A stretch of DNA of 59,430 bases, the filler included. It is 5 parts of 5 records of this genome, joined end to end, with 100 filler letters (N's around TTAATTAATTAA, not from the genome) between each part and the next. Parts side by side here need not be neighbours in the genome. Positions count along the whole stretch, not along the records: positions 25,097 to 33,574 come from DRR378314_1476; positions 33,675 to 47,803 come from DRR378314_1477; 3 more parts are not named here. The stretch is one strand, 5' to 3'. The translations under genes and the position numbers were made by a program. Within the stretch, counting starts at the first letter, position 1, and each line of letters opens with the position of its first letter. Under the pieces are notes generated by a model. The model saw only the letters and a list, made by a program, of their open reading frames with translations. It did no database searches and was not told the origin of the DNA. Of this stretch, positions 26,265 through 35,445 are shown piece by piece.

Positions 26265-28058
26265 ATGGGCAAGGATCAACAGGACTTGCACAGGCACAGC
26301 CGTGTTCTGTTTCGCCGCCCGTCCCGCCGCACGTCGGGATGGCCCCTGCGTCGTGATCCGGACCTCCGTGATATTCACCGCGATCACCTGAACAACCTAG
26401 CACGGCTGGAAGAGATCCGCGCGAGACCGACTCGCCTTGCCGCATCGCATGAACCGCATGTGGGTGTACTCGCTTTGCGACCGGCCAGCTTCTGGCTGCG
26501 CCACCGGGTCGTTCCACTCGACACGTTGGGCCGCACCGTGATGATGCTGATGGCCGACCCCGGTAACGTCGCCATCCTGCGCGATGAGCTGTCGGAGCAT
26601 TTCGACGACATCATCCCGGTTCCCGCCCCTGCTGCGGGGATCGAGGCCAGCCTGACTGCATATTTTCGCAGGCAAATGACGCAGGCAGCCTCGACTGGCG
26701 TCCCCGCCCGCCACAGCTGTCGCAGCTTTGATGCGGAGCGGGCCAAGGCACCCGCGGTCAGCGTCGCAGCACTGCTCCTGCTCTGCGCGCTTGTTGCGCC
26801 GGGGCTGATGTTCGCCGGTATTGCCGCTCTGGCGATGTTGACACTTCTCCTGTTCACCGGGCTGCGCCTGACAGGGATGTGGGCAGCTTTGCGCCAGTCT
26901 GCAGGCGCCGAACCGAATACCAGCCTCCACTCAATACCGATGATCTCCGTCATGGTGCCGCTTTATCGTGAGGCCGAAATCGGTCGACATCTGCTGCGCC
27001 GTCTTTGTCGCCTCACCTATCCACGCAACCGGATGGAGGTTGTTCTGGTGCTGGAAGACGGGGACGCGGTGACACAACAGGCGGTGAAATGTGCCGATCT
27101 GCCCGACTGGTTCCGCGTGGTGGAAGTTCCCGGAGATGGCTCCCTCACCACCAAGCCGCGGGCGATGAACTACGCGCTCAACTTCTGTCGCGGGGATATC
27201 ATCGGCGTCTGGGATGCGGAGGATGCGCCAGAACCGAACCAGCTCGATGTGGTCGCCAGCGCCTTTGAACAGGCAGCACCAGACGTTGTTTGCCTGCAAG
27301 GCGTGCTCGATTTCTACAACACCAGCCGGAACTGGATCTCACGCTGCTTCACGCTGGAATATGCGGGCTGGTTCCGGGTGCTGCTACAGGGCATCGCGGG
27401 GCTGCAGCTGGTGGTGCCTCTGGGCGGGACAACAGTGTTCATCCGACGCGCCGCGCTGGAACAGCTCGGCGCCTGGGACGCCCATAATGTGACTGAAGAT
27501 GCGGACCTTGGGGTGCGACTGGCCCGCGCCGGATACCGGACCGAAATGCTCCCCACCACGACCTTTGAAGAGGCCAACAGCCGAGTGGTGCCCTGGATCA
27601 AGCAACGCTCCCGCTGGCTGAAGGGGTTCATGATGACCTACCTGGTTCACATGCGATCCCCGCGCCTGCTGCTATCCCAACTGGGCTGGGCGCGTTTCCT
27701 GGGGTTTCAGGCGTTTTTTCTCGGCACGCTGGGGCAATTTCTGCTGGCCCCCGTGCTATGGAGCTTTTGGCTGGTGGCCCTTGGCCTGCCGCATCCCGCC
27801 GAAACGGTGCTGGCGCCGGGCTTTCTGATCGCGGTGGCCTCCAGCCTGATTCTGTTCGAAGCGCTCAATATCAGCGTCTGGATCTGTGGCGCACGCGCAT
27901 CTAGCCGGCCGCTGCTTGCGCTTTGGGCCGTCGCCATGCCGTTCTACTTCGTCATGGGGTGTTTCGCCGCCTACAAGGCGCTATGGGAGGTCTTCGCCGC
28001 GCCGTTTTTCTGGGACAAGACCGCTCATGGCGACCATGGCGGCACAAGTGAGGGCTAG
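26265..28058 (+). CDS. Membrane-bound processive family 2 glycosyltransferase with N-terminal extension
   Basis: SVMVPLYRE, TKPRAMNYA, WDAED, TEDADLG and QRSRW motifs with flanking transmembrane segments and a C-terminal FWDKTAHG. Confidence 0.9.
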   Translation: MGKDQQDLHRHSRVLFRRPSRRTSGWPLRRDPDLRDIHRDHLNNLARLEEIRARPTRLAASHEPHVGVLALRPASFWLRHRVVPLDTLGRTVMMLMADPGNVAILRDELSEHFDDIIPVPAPAAGIEASLTAYFRRQMTQAASTGVPARHSCRSFDAERAKAPAVSVAALLLLCALVAPGLMFAGIAALAMLTLLLFTGLRLTGMWAALRQSAGAEPNTSLHSIPMISVMVPLYREAEIGRHLLRRLCRLTYPRNRMEVVLVLEDGDAVTQQAVKCADLPDWFRVVEVPGDGSLTTKPRAMNYALNFCRGDIIGVWDAEDAPEPNQLDVVASAFEQAAPDVVCLQGVLDFYNTSRNWISRCFTLEYAGWFRVLLQGIAGLQLVVPLGGTTVFIRRAALEQLGAWDAHNVTEDADLGVRLARAGYRTEMLPTTTFEEANSRVVPWIKQRSRWLKGFMMTYLVHMRSPRLLLSQLGWARFLGFQAFFLGTLGQFLLAPVLWSFWLVALGLPHPAETVLAPGFLIAVASSLILFEALNISVWICGARASSRPLLALWAVAMPFYFVMGCFAAYKALWEVFAAPFFWDKTAHGDHGGTSEG

Positions 28059-28714
28059 CCGCCCCGCTTGCCCGCATCCTGTTTCAGCCGGGTGGTGAAA
28101 GCCACGGAGATATGATCCTTCAGCGCCTGGCTCGCGGCAGCCTCATCGCGGTTCTTGATCGCCGCGACGATTGCCTTGTGCTCGGTCTGCGCGATACGTC
28201 CACGTCCCTCGGCGGCCAGCGACGTGGTTGCCATCAACGCCATGGAGCGATGCACCAGATCCAGCTGCTGCACCAGATAGCGGTTGTGGGAGGCCAGGTG
28301 AATTTGCTGATGAAAGCGCCGGTTGGCCTTGGACAACTCCACCGGCTGATCAACAAGGGCATCGTCCGCCGCGACCATGTCGCTCAGCACTTGGACTTCC
28401 TCGTCGGTGGCATGGCGCGCAGCCAGCGCCGCCGCCAGCCCTTCCAGTTCCCGTCGCACCACATACAGCTCTGCCATCTGGTTGTGATCCAGCGAGGCCA
28501 CGATCAGCGACCGCCCGTCGCGCTCCAGCAGGCTCTGGGTTTCCAGCCGCTGCAGCGCCTCACGGATCGGAGTGCGCGAGACCCCGAAACGCTCCGCCAG
28601 ATCGCTTTCCACCAGACGATCACCGGGCTTGAACACCCCCACGTCGATCGCGTCCAAGATCAGCCCGTAGGCATCTTTCTGCGTGCTGCTCTTCGTCTGG
28701 TTCATTGCGATCAT
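28055..28714 (-). CDS. GntR-family transcriptional regulator (FCD domain)
   Basis: PGDRLVESDLAERFGVSRTPIREALQRL wHTH; FCD motifs NRRFH, SHNRYL and EHKAIV. The start could be one of two Mets. Confidence 0.93.
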   Translation of the reverse strand: MIAMNQTKSSTQKDAYGLILDAIDVGVFKPGDRLVESDLAERFGVSRTPIREALQRLETQSLLERDGRSLIVASLDHNQMAELYVVRRELEGLAAALAARHATDEEVQVLSDMVAADDALVDQPVELSKANRRFHQQIHLASHNRYLVQQLDLVHRSMALMATTSLAAEGRGRIAQTEHKAIVAAIKNRDEAAASQALKDHISVAFTTRLKQDAGKRGG

Positions 28715-28828
28715 GACCTCCCTCGCATCGCAACTGTCTACGCCCCCACCCGCCGCCGATCAAGCCTGCGGCGGCCAAAGCCCTTTCCACCATTGCAAAT
28801 TTGCGCACAGCGCCCTAGGTCTCGGGCC

Positions 28829-29473
28829 ATGGTCAAACAGTCTTTCTCTCACGTTGAACACTGGGTGTTCGATCTCGACAATACGCTCTATCACCCCTCC
28901 GCCCGGCTGTTCGATCAGATCGAGGCGAAGATGATTGCCTATGTGATGGAAACCCTCGGGGTCGATCACGGCGCTGCAGACAAAATGCGCGGCGATTACT
29001 GGCGCAACCACGGCACCACGCTGGCGGGGCTGATGGCGGATCATGACATCGACCCGGACCCGTTCCTGGTGGCGGTACACGACATCTCGCTCGACCATCT
29101 GGAACCGGATCAGGTGCTGGCGGATCACATCACCGCCCTGCCCGGACGCAAGATCGTCTATACCAACGGCTCCGCCCCCTATGCAGAACGGGTTCTGGCG
29201 GCGCGCGGATTGTCGGGGTTGTTTGATGGCATCTATGGCGTCGAACACGCGGGCTATCGTCCCAAACCGGAACGCAGCGCCTTTGAACGGGTGTTTGCGC
29301 AGGCCGGAGTGGACACCAGCAAGGCTGCCATGTTCGAGGACGATCCGCGCAACCTCAGCGCACCGCACGCCATGGGCATGCGCACTGTCCACGTGGCCCC
29401 CGAAGTCTTTGCAGGTGAGCACATCCATCACCACACGATGGATCTGACCGCGTTCCTCGGCCACCTGCGGTAG
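28829..29473 (+). CDS. HAD-superfamily pyrimidine 5'-nucleotidase
   Basis: WVFDLDNTLY, HGTTLAGL, YTNG, PKP and FEDDPRNL motifs. The upstream part of ORF 28112-29473 is just the antisense of the GntR gene. Confidence 0.92.
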   Translation: MVKQSFSHVEHWVFDLDNTLYHPSARLFDQIEAKMIAYVMETLGVDHGAADKMRGDYWRNHGTTLAGLMADHDIDPDPFLVAVHDISLDHLEPDQVLADHITALPGRKIVYTNGSAPYAERVLAARGLSGLFDGIYGVEHAGYRPKPERSAFERVFAQAGVDTSKAAMFEDDPRNLSAPHAMGMRTVHVAPEVFAGEHIHHHTMDLTAFLGHLR

Positions 29474-29556
29474 CCTGTCGCAGCGACCAAATGCGCATGT
29501 CAGACGCATGTTATCGCTCCTATATCCTGCGGGTAACTCGCATGACGGAGCCTGAC

Positions 29557-29805
29557 ATGACCGCCTATACCCTACCGCCCAAACTCACCACCTTCGAGCG
29601 CATTGTCTTTCGACTGCCGATCCTTGGCCGGATCTGGAAAGAGGTGAGCTATGGCGACGAGGGCAACATCTACTATGCGCTTGCCACCTTCTTCAGCCTC
29701 TGGGGCATCCTGGTGATGCTGTTTGGCCTGCCCGGTCTCTACCTGCCCGCAGTCGCCTTGGTGCCGATCATGTTTGTGATCCTGATCCTGATCTCGCGCG
29801 GCTAA
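29557..29805 (+). CDS. Small hypothetical membrane protein (82 aa)
   Basis: GGAG RBS upstream of the ATG; two hydrophobic segments. Confidence 0.75.
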   Translation: MTAYTLPPKLTTFERIVFRLPILGRIWKEVSYGDEGNIYYALATFFSLWGILVMLFGLPGLYLPAVALVPIMFVILILISRG

Positions 29806-29889
29806 GCCCCCTGCGGCACAGAGCCGCTTGTCATCCGCCCGCCCCGCGCCCTATGTCTCCTGTCAATGGAACAGCGCGGGGCCTTGGCG

Positions 29890-31086
29890 ATGAGCGAGAC
29901 ATGTGACATCCTGATTTCCGGCGGCGGTATCGCCGGATTGACCGCGGCGGCCACCTTTGCCGCGCGGGGCTTTTCGGTGATCTGCGTTGATCCGACGGCG
30001 CCGGTGACCGCGCGCGAGGACGCAGGCGCCGACCTGCGCACCACCGCCTTTCTGCAACCGGCAAAATCGCTGCTGGACGACGCCGGGCTCTGGTCCCGGC
30101 TTGCGCCCCATGCCGCGCCCTTGCAGATCATGCGGATCATTGACGCAGGCGGCGAGGCGCCGGAGCCTCGCGTGGTGCGTGAATTCAACGCTGCAGAGAT
30201 CTCCGACCTGCCCTTTGGCTGGAACCTGCCCAACTGGCTGCTGCGGCGTGAAATGCTGGGCCGCATCGGTGAGCTGGCCAACGCGGATTTCCGCCCCGGC
30301 GTCGGCACAAGCGCCCTGTTCACGCGCACCAACGAGGCCCGTGTCACGTTGAGCGATGGCAGCCGCGTGAGCTGCAAGCTGGTGCTAGCCTGCGACGGTC
30401 GTGCCTCACCGATGCGGGAAGCGGCCGGGATCAACGTGCACACCACCCGCTACGGGCAAAAGGCGCTGGCCTTTGCCGTCAGTCATGATTTGCCGCATCA
30501 GAATGTCTCCACCGAAATCCACCGCACCGGCGGCCCTTTCACGCTGGTGCCGCTGCCGGATCGCGACGGACGCCCGTCCTCGGCCATCGTCTGGATGGAA
30601 ACCAGCGCCAATGCCGACCGTTTAGCCGCATTGGATGAGACGGCTTTTGAAATCGAGATGAACACCCGATCCTGTGGTGTATTGGGGCAGTTGAAACTGG
30701 CCTCGCGCCGCACGCTCTGGCCGATCATAAGCCAGCGAGCGGAGCGGCTGGCCGGCGAACGCATCGCGCTGATGGCCGAAGCCGCGCATGTGGTGCCGCC
30801 GATCGGGGCGCAGGGGTTGAACATGTCGCTCACCGATCTGCGCACGCTTGTCGATCTCGCCGAAGCCTGTCCCGAGGGGCTGGGCGATCAGGCGATGCTT
30901 GATGCCTATGACAAGGCCCGCCATAGCGACATCAAGCTGCGGGTCAGCGGCATTGATCTGCTCAACCGGGCCTCGATGATCGAGGCCCGGCCCCTGCGGG
31001 ATTTGCGGGCCGGTGGGCTCAATGCGCTTTATTCCCTGCCGCAGGTGCGCAAGATGCTGATGCAGATGGGGCTTGGCGTGCGCTGA
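29890..31086 (+). CDS. UbiH/UbiF/UbiL-family FAD-dependent hydroxylase (ubiquinone biosynthesis)
   Basis: DILISGGGIAGL FAD-binding motif, DLRTTA, ACDGRAS, GPFTLVP, AEAAHVVPPIGAQGLN. Confidence 0.92.
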   Translation: MSETCDILISGGGIAGLTAAATFAARGFSVICVDPTAPVTAREDAGADLRTTAFLQPAKSLLDDAGLWSRLAPHAAPLQIMRIIDAGGEAPEPRVVREFNAAEISDLPFGWNLPNWLLRREMLGRIGELANADFRPGVGTSALFTRTNEARVTLSDGSRVSCKLVLACDGRASPMREAAGINVHTTRYGQKALAFAVSHDLPHQNVSTEIHRTGGPFTLVPLPDRDGRPSSAIVWMETSANADRLAALDETAFEIEMNTRSCGVLGQLKLASRRTLWPIISQRAERLAGERIALMAEAAHVVPPIGAQGLNMSLTDLRTLVDLAEACPEGLGDQAMLDAYDKARHSDIKLRVSGIDLLNRASMIEARPLRDLRAGGLNALYSLPQVRKMLMQMGLGVR

Positions 31087-31093
31087 CGTAGAA

Positions 31094-31121
31094 ACGGGCT
31101 TGCCCAGATGGACAAGCCCGT
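31094..31121. terminator. Hairpin between convergent genes
   Basis: ACGGGCTTG...CAAGCCCGT inverted repeat between two convergent stop codons. Confidence 0.6.
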
Positions 31122-31158
31122 GCCTCCGGCGGAGGTATTTCGGAAAAGATGAAAGGCC

Positions 31159-32283
31159 TCAGAGCACCTGATCAAGCACAGTTTTGAGCCGCGACAGTGT
31201 GCCGTGCACGTCATAAAGCTTGTCGAGACCAAAGAGACCAAGCCGGAAGGTCATGAAGCCTTCGGGCTCGTCCACGGCCAGCGGCACCCCGGCCGCGATC
31301 TGCATGCCCTGAGCCGCGAACGTCTTGCCATTCTGGATCTGCGGATCATCGGTGTAGCTGACGACCACGCCGGGTGCGCCGAACCCCTCGGCGGCGACCG
31401 AGGTCACGCCTTTCTTCTCCAGCATCTCGCGCACGCCATTGCCAAGCCGCCATTGCGCCTCGCGCAGGCGGTTGAAGCCATAGTCGCGGGTCTCCACCAT
31501 GGTATCGCGGAAGGCGCGCAGGGCGTCGGTCGGCATGGTGGCATGATAGGCGTGACCGCCGTCCTCATAGGCCTGCATGATGGCGCGCCATTTCTTCAGG
31601 TCGATGGCAAAACTGTCGGAGGTGGTCTCCTCCAATCGCGCCAGCGCCCGTTTGGAGAGCATCACCAGACCGGCGGAGGGCGCCGCGCTCCAGCCCTTTT
31701 GCGGCGCGGAGATCAGCACATCGACGCCGGTGGCCCTCATGTCGACCCAGGCGCAGCCGGAGGCGATGCAATCAAGCACCATCAGCGCGCCGACCTCATG
31801 AGCGGCCTCGGCCAGCGCCGTCACATAGGCGTCGGGCAGGATCACGCCGGCGGCGGTTTCCACATGCGGCGCAAAGACGATCGACGGTTTCTGTTCGCGG
31901 ATCGCGGCGGTGACGTCCTCGATGGGGGCGGGTGCGAAGGGCGATTGCGCGCCGTTGCCGGTCTGGCGCGCTTTCATCACGGTGGCGGAACTGGTCAGTC
32001 CGCCGGTCTCGAAGATCTGGCTCCAGCGGTAAGAAAACCAACCGTTGCGCACCACCAATGCGTCCTGATCGCGGGCGAACTGGCGGGCCACCGCCTCCAT
32101 CGCGTAGGTGCCACCACCGGGGATCAGGGCGGTGGCCTCGGCCTTGTAGACGTCCTTCAGCATGCCGTTGATGTCCAGCATGACCTGCTGGAACTCCTTT
32201 GACATGTGGTTCAGCGACCGGTCGGTGAAAACCACGGAAAACTCATCAAGACCATCGGGGTCGACCGTATCCAAGAGGGCCAT
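31159..32283 (-). CDS. Class V PLP-dependent aminotransferase
   Basis: EFSVVFTDRSLNHMS, PGGGTYAMEA, HVETAAG, LDCIASG and the PLP lysine in SAPQKGW; AAGGAG RBS upstream of ATG 32283. Confidence 0.92.
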   Translation of the reverse strand: MALLDTVDPDGLDEFSVVFTDRSLNHMSKEFQQVMLDINGMLKDVYKAEATALIPGGGTYAMEAVARQFARDQDALVVRNGWFSYRWSQIFETGGLTSSATVMKARQTGNGAQSPFAPAPIEDVTAAIREQKPSIVFAPHVETAAGVILPDAYVTALAEAAHEVGALMVLDCIASGCAWVDMRATGVDVLISAPQKGWSAAPSAGLVMLSKRALARLEETTSDSFAIDLKKWRAIMQAYEDGGHAYHATMPTDALRAFRDTMVETRDYGFNRLREAQWRLGNGVREMLEKKGVTSVAAEGFGAPGVVVSYTDDPQIQNGKTFAAQGMQIAAGVPLAVDEPEGFMTFRLGLFGLDKLYDVHGTLSRLKTVLDQVL

Positions 32284-32414
32284 GCAAAATCTCCTTACTG
32301 AGTCTGAGGCTGCATACGGCAAGACCGCAGCCGGTTGCCCATTGTCATGGCAGAGCCGCCCCGCAGGCTCAAGCACCGCGTTGCTAAAGGATCTGATGCA
32401 AAAGCCGAAAGATG

Positions 32415-32873
32415 CTAGCCCAGCGGGCCGGGACGTCGTTCCTCGGACAAGAGCACATTGGCATCCACGTTGCCCACGCCCGGTAGCGTCATGATCCGGC
32501 GGCGCAGCACCCGTTCAAAATCCGCGATGTCACGCGCCACCACCCTTAGGCGATAGTCATATAGGCCGAGCACATGTTCAACCGTCTGAACCTCGGGGAT
32601 GGCAGAGACCGCGCGTTCGAAATCATCCAGGCTGACGCGCCCCTTGGTGGCCAGCTTGATACCAAGGAAGACGGTGACGCCGAAGCCCAGCTTTTCGGTG
32701 TCCAGATCCAGCACCCGATGCGACAGGATGCCCGCCTCCTCCAGCCGCTTGATCCGCCGCCATGTGGCGGGCTGGCTGAGGCCGAGGGCCCGCCCCAACG
32801 CCCCGGCTGTCTGGGTTGCGTCCTGCGACAGCGCCCTAAGCAGCGCGAGGTCGATCTGATCCAGCGCGCTCAT
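32415..32873 (-). CDS. Lrp/AsnC-family transcriptional regulator
   Basis: LDQIDLALLRAL, LGLSQPATWRRIKRLEEAGI HTH; IPEV and GLYDYRLRV. Confidence 0.93.
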   Translation of the reverse strand: MSALDQIDLALLRALSQDATQTAGALGRALGLSQPATWRRIKRLEEAGILSHRVLDLDTEKLGFGVTVFLGIKLATKGRVSLDDFERAVSAIPEVQTVEHVLGLYDYRLRVVARDIADFERVLRRRIMTLPGVGNVDANVLLSEERRPGPLG

Positions 32874-33325
32874 AGCGGCAGCCCCATGCTGGTCTTGATC
32901 TTCGCCACATGCATCAATGCCTCGATATCGGCGATATTGGGCAGCTGCAGGATGCGGTCGCGATAAATCGCTTGATAATGCGGCATGTCCCGCGCGATCA
33001 CACTCAGGCGCACATCGACCTGGCCGAGGAACGTCTGGATCTCCAGCACCTCCGGGATCTCACGCGCTGCCGGGATGAATTCGTCAAAGGCGCGTGGGTT
33101 GGTCTTATCCAGCGTCACCCGCAACGAGACCTCCACCGCATAGCCAAACGCCGCCCAGTCAATCACCGCCCGGGTACCTTTCAGCACGCCGCCCTCGCGC
33201 AGCTTCTCCAGCCGTCGCGACAGGCGTGAGGCGGTGAGCCCCAGACGGTCGGCAAGATCCGGCAGCGATTGGCCGGGGTCGCCCTGAAGGTTGCGCAATA
33301 TGCGTCGGTCGAGATCATCAAGCAT
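32870..33325 (-). CDS. Lrp/AsnC-family transcriptional regulator
   Basis: MLDDLDRRILRNLQ, HTH, IPEVLEI and GQVDVRL; its stop overlaps the start of the second Lrp. Confidence 0.93.
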   Translation of the reverse strand: MLDDLDRRILRNLQGDPGQSLPDLADRLGLTASRLSRRLEKLREGGVLKGTRAVIDWAAFGYAVEVSLRVTLDKTNPRAFDEFIPAAREIPEVLEIQTFLGQVDVRLSVIARDMPHYQAIYRDRILQLPNIADIEALMHVAKIKTSMGLPL

Positions 33326-33391
33326 GAAAACCACATTATTGTCTATTTGCGCGAATATCCATCGCGAAATTTCTTCACTTCATGCGCATAG

Positions 33392-33574
<183 letters not shown>

Positions 33575-33674
33575 NNNNNNNNNNNNNNNNNNNNNNNNNN
33601 NNNNNNNNNNNNNNNNNNTTAATTAATTAANNNNNNNNNNNNNNNNNNNNNNNNNNNNNNNNNNNNNNNNNNNN
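33575..33674. other. Artificial contig spacer
   Basis: N44-TTAATTAATTAA-N44. Confidence 0.98.
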
Positions 33675-35445
33675 CGCCTTCGGCTCTAGCCAACGGATAG
33701 GACGGTGCACGCCCGACCGTTTGAGTGTACCTCCTGAACTGCACGTCCGACTTTATTTTTCTCCCACTGCTGCTAAAGGAGACTCCGTGCGCTTGTATCG
33801 AAAGTTGAATGTAATAAAACGGCATGAGCGACAGTCTTGATCCAGAAACACCGTAGATCGCAAATGATAATGTGCAGAACTTATACCAAGGCGGAAAGCT
33901 CAGCTCTCCGAGCTCCTGCGCTGCCAATCGTCCCACGCCGCGTTGGTGCGATCGTGGAAGTCACTCGGCGTACCTCCCTTTTCCATCGCGCGTACATACG
34001 GCAGTACACTATCAAAGCACTTCTACGAAGTTCATGCAGGGTAAAACCACCAAAATCTTGTATTCCTATATTGCTCTGTGGTAGCTGATGCGTGGTGAAG
34101 ATTCTAACTCTCACCGCCTCCAAGCGCACGGTGCGAAAGTCAGCCGGGCCCGATGGCAAGGTCGACTGCGCAGCGAACTTCCAGATGCCAGCCAGCGAGA
34201 AAGCCACAGCGCTGGGAAAGTACAGACTAGGCCCCCCGTAGCATTGGCTCCACGAAAGCAGCTTACAAGTCTCCTTTTCCCACGCCAATGCTGTTTTTTT
34301 TTTGGTGAAACACCGCAACAGTATCACCGAGAAGCTTGAAGGGTCACATCACAAGCGACATGATTTCAAAATGCGAGTCCCTCTTCGTCGAGAGCGGCGG
34401 AGACGGTAGCGACAGAGGAAAAGTTCTTTGGACCGCCTCCAGCGAAGCTGCCCATGGCCGCGTGGCTCCCTTGCGCGAACTGGCTTTTCTCCGACATTGC
34501 GCCCAGTCATGCGTTCACATTCAACTCTATATGTATGAGAGATAAGTTTGACAAGAGGGTAGCTCTGTGGTGAAAGTCTGTCTACAGCACGAGGGGGCAA
34601 GAGTAGGCTCGCGCACAACCAAACCAACCCCGTGCGTTTCTTCCCAAAGGGGGGGCCCTGCCACACGTGCAAACTGTGCGGCTGCTCCAGCGCCCGGAAT
34701 GTTTCCGCGCTGCACTAAGGAACCTGTCTGCATCCCACCGGCCCCTTGTTGCTCTCGACCCCTACCTCCCGGGCTTACTCTGACGGCCTCGCTTACCTGT
34801 GCACCCTCCCAGTTCCGCCCGCTGTGAACTCGCTTGCGCACCCGCGCTCGCTGCCGCTCGCGTGTGCCTGCACTGAAATCTGTCGCGTCGCCCATCTGTG
34901 TCGCAGTGCGACAAGACCTTTCTCAACGCGCTCCGGCGTTTCACACTTGTGTGTGCGCGCGCAAAACACCATTCCCTGCCTGCGCTTCTGCTGCTCACGC
35001 GCTTTTTCTTTGTACGAGTGGAGCTCGCCACTGTGCGACACACGGGACTGCTGGTACAAAGAAATCTGTGCGCGTGTTGACGCGGACGAGCAAACAGGGA
35101 ACGCTGTTGTGCAAGCGGCGCGCGGGGAAGCCAGCCAGCGCCTACGTGTCTGAGCTGCAGTCTGCGGCTTTGCTCCGCGTTTCCACACACGCGCGCCTTC
35201 TGCCTCCGGTTACCGGACACGGATCGTCTAAACTAAACGACTCGTGCGTATCGTGTAGAAAGCAATCTGGTATCTGATTGCGTTCAAACTTCTTCTGAAG
35301 AAGAAGCTGCGCGTTTGTCCGGTGTGGTGTACTGCGTACCAGAGCTCCCACACTGCATTACCTGCGCTCTGCATCGCGCAACTGCTTCGTCGAGTAGGAG
35401 CGCACCGCTTGTTTGGTTCGGCAGCTGCCGTCTTTCCGTCCGGGT

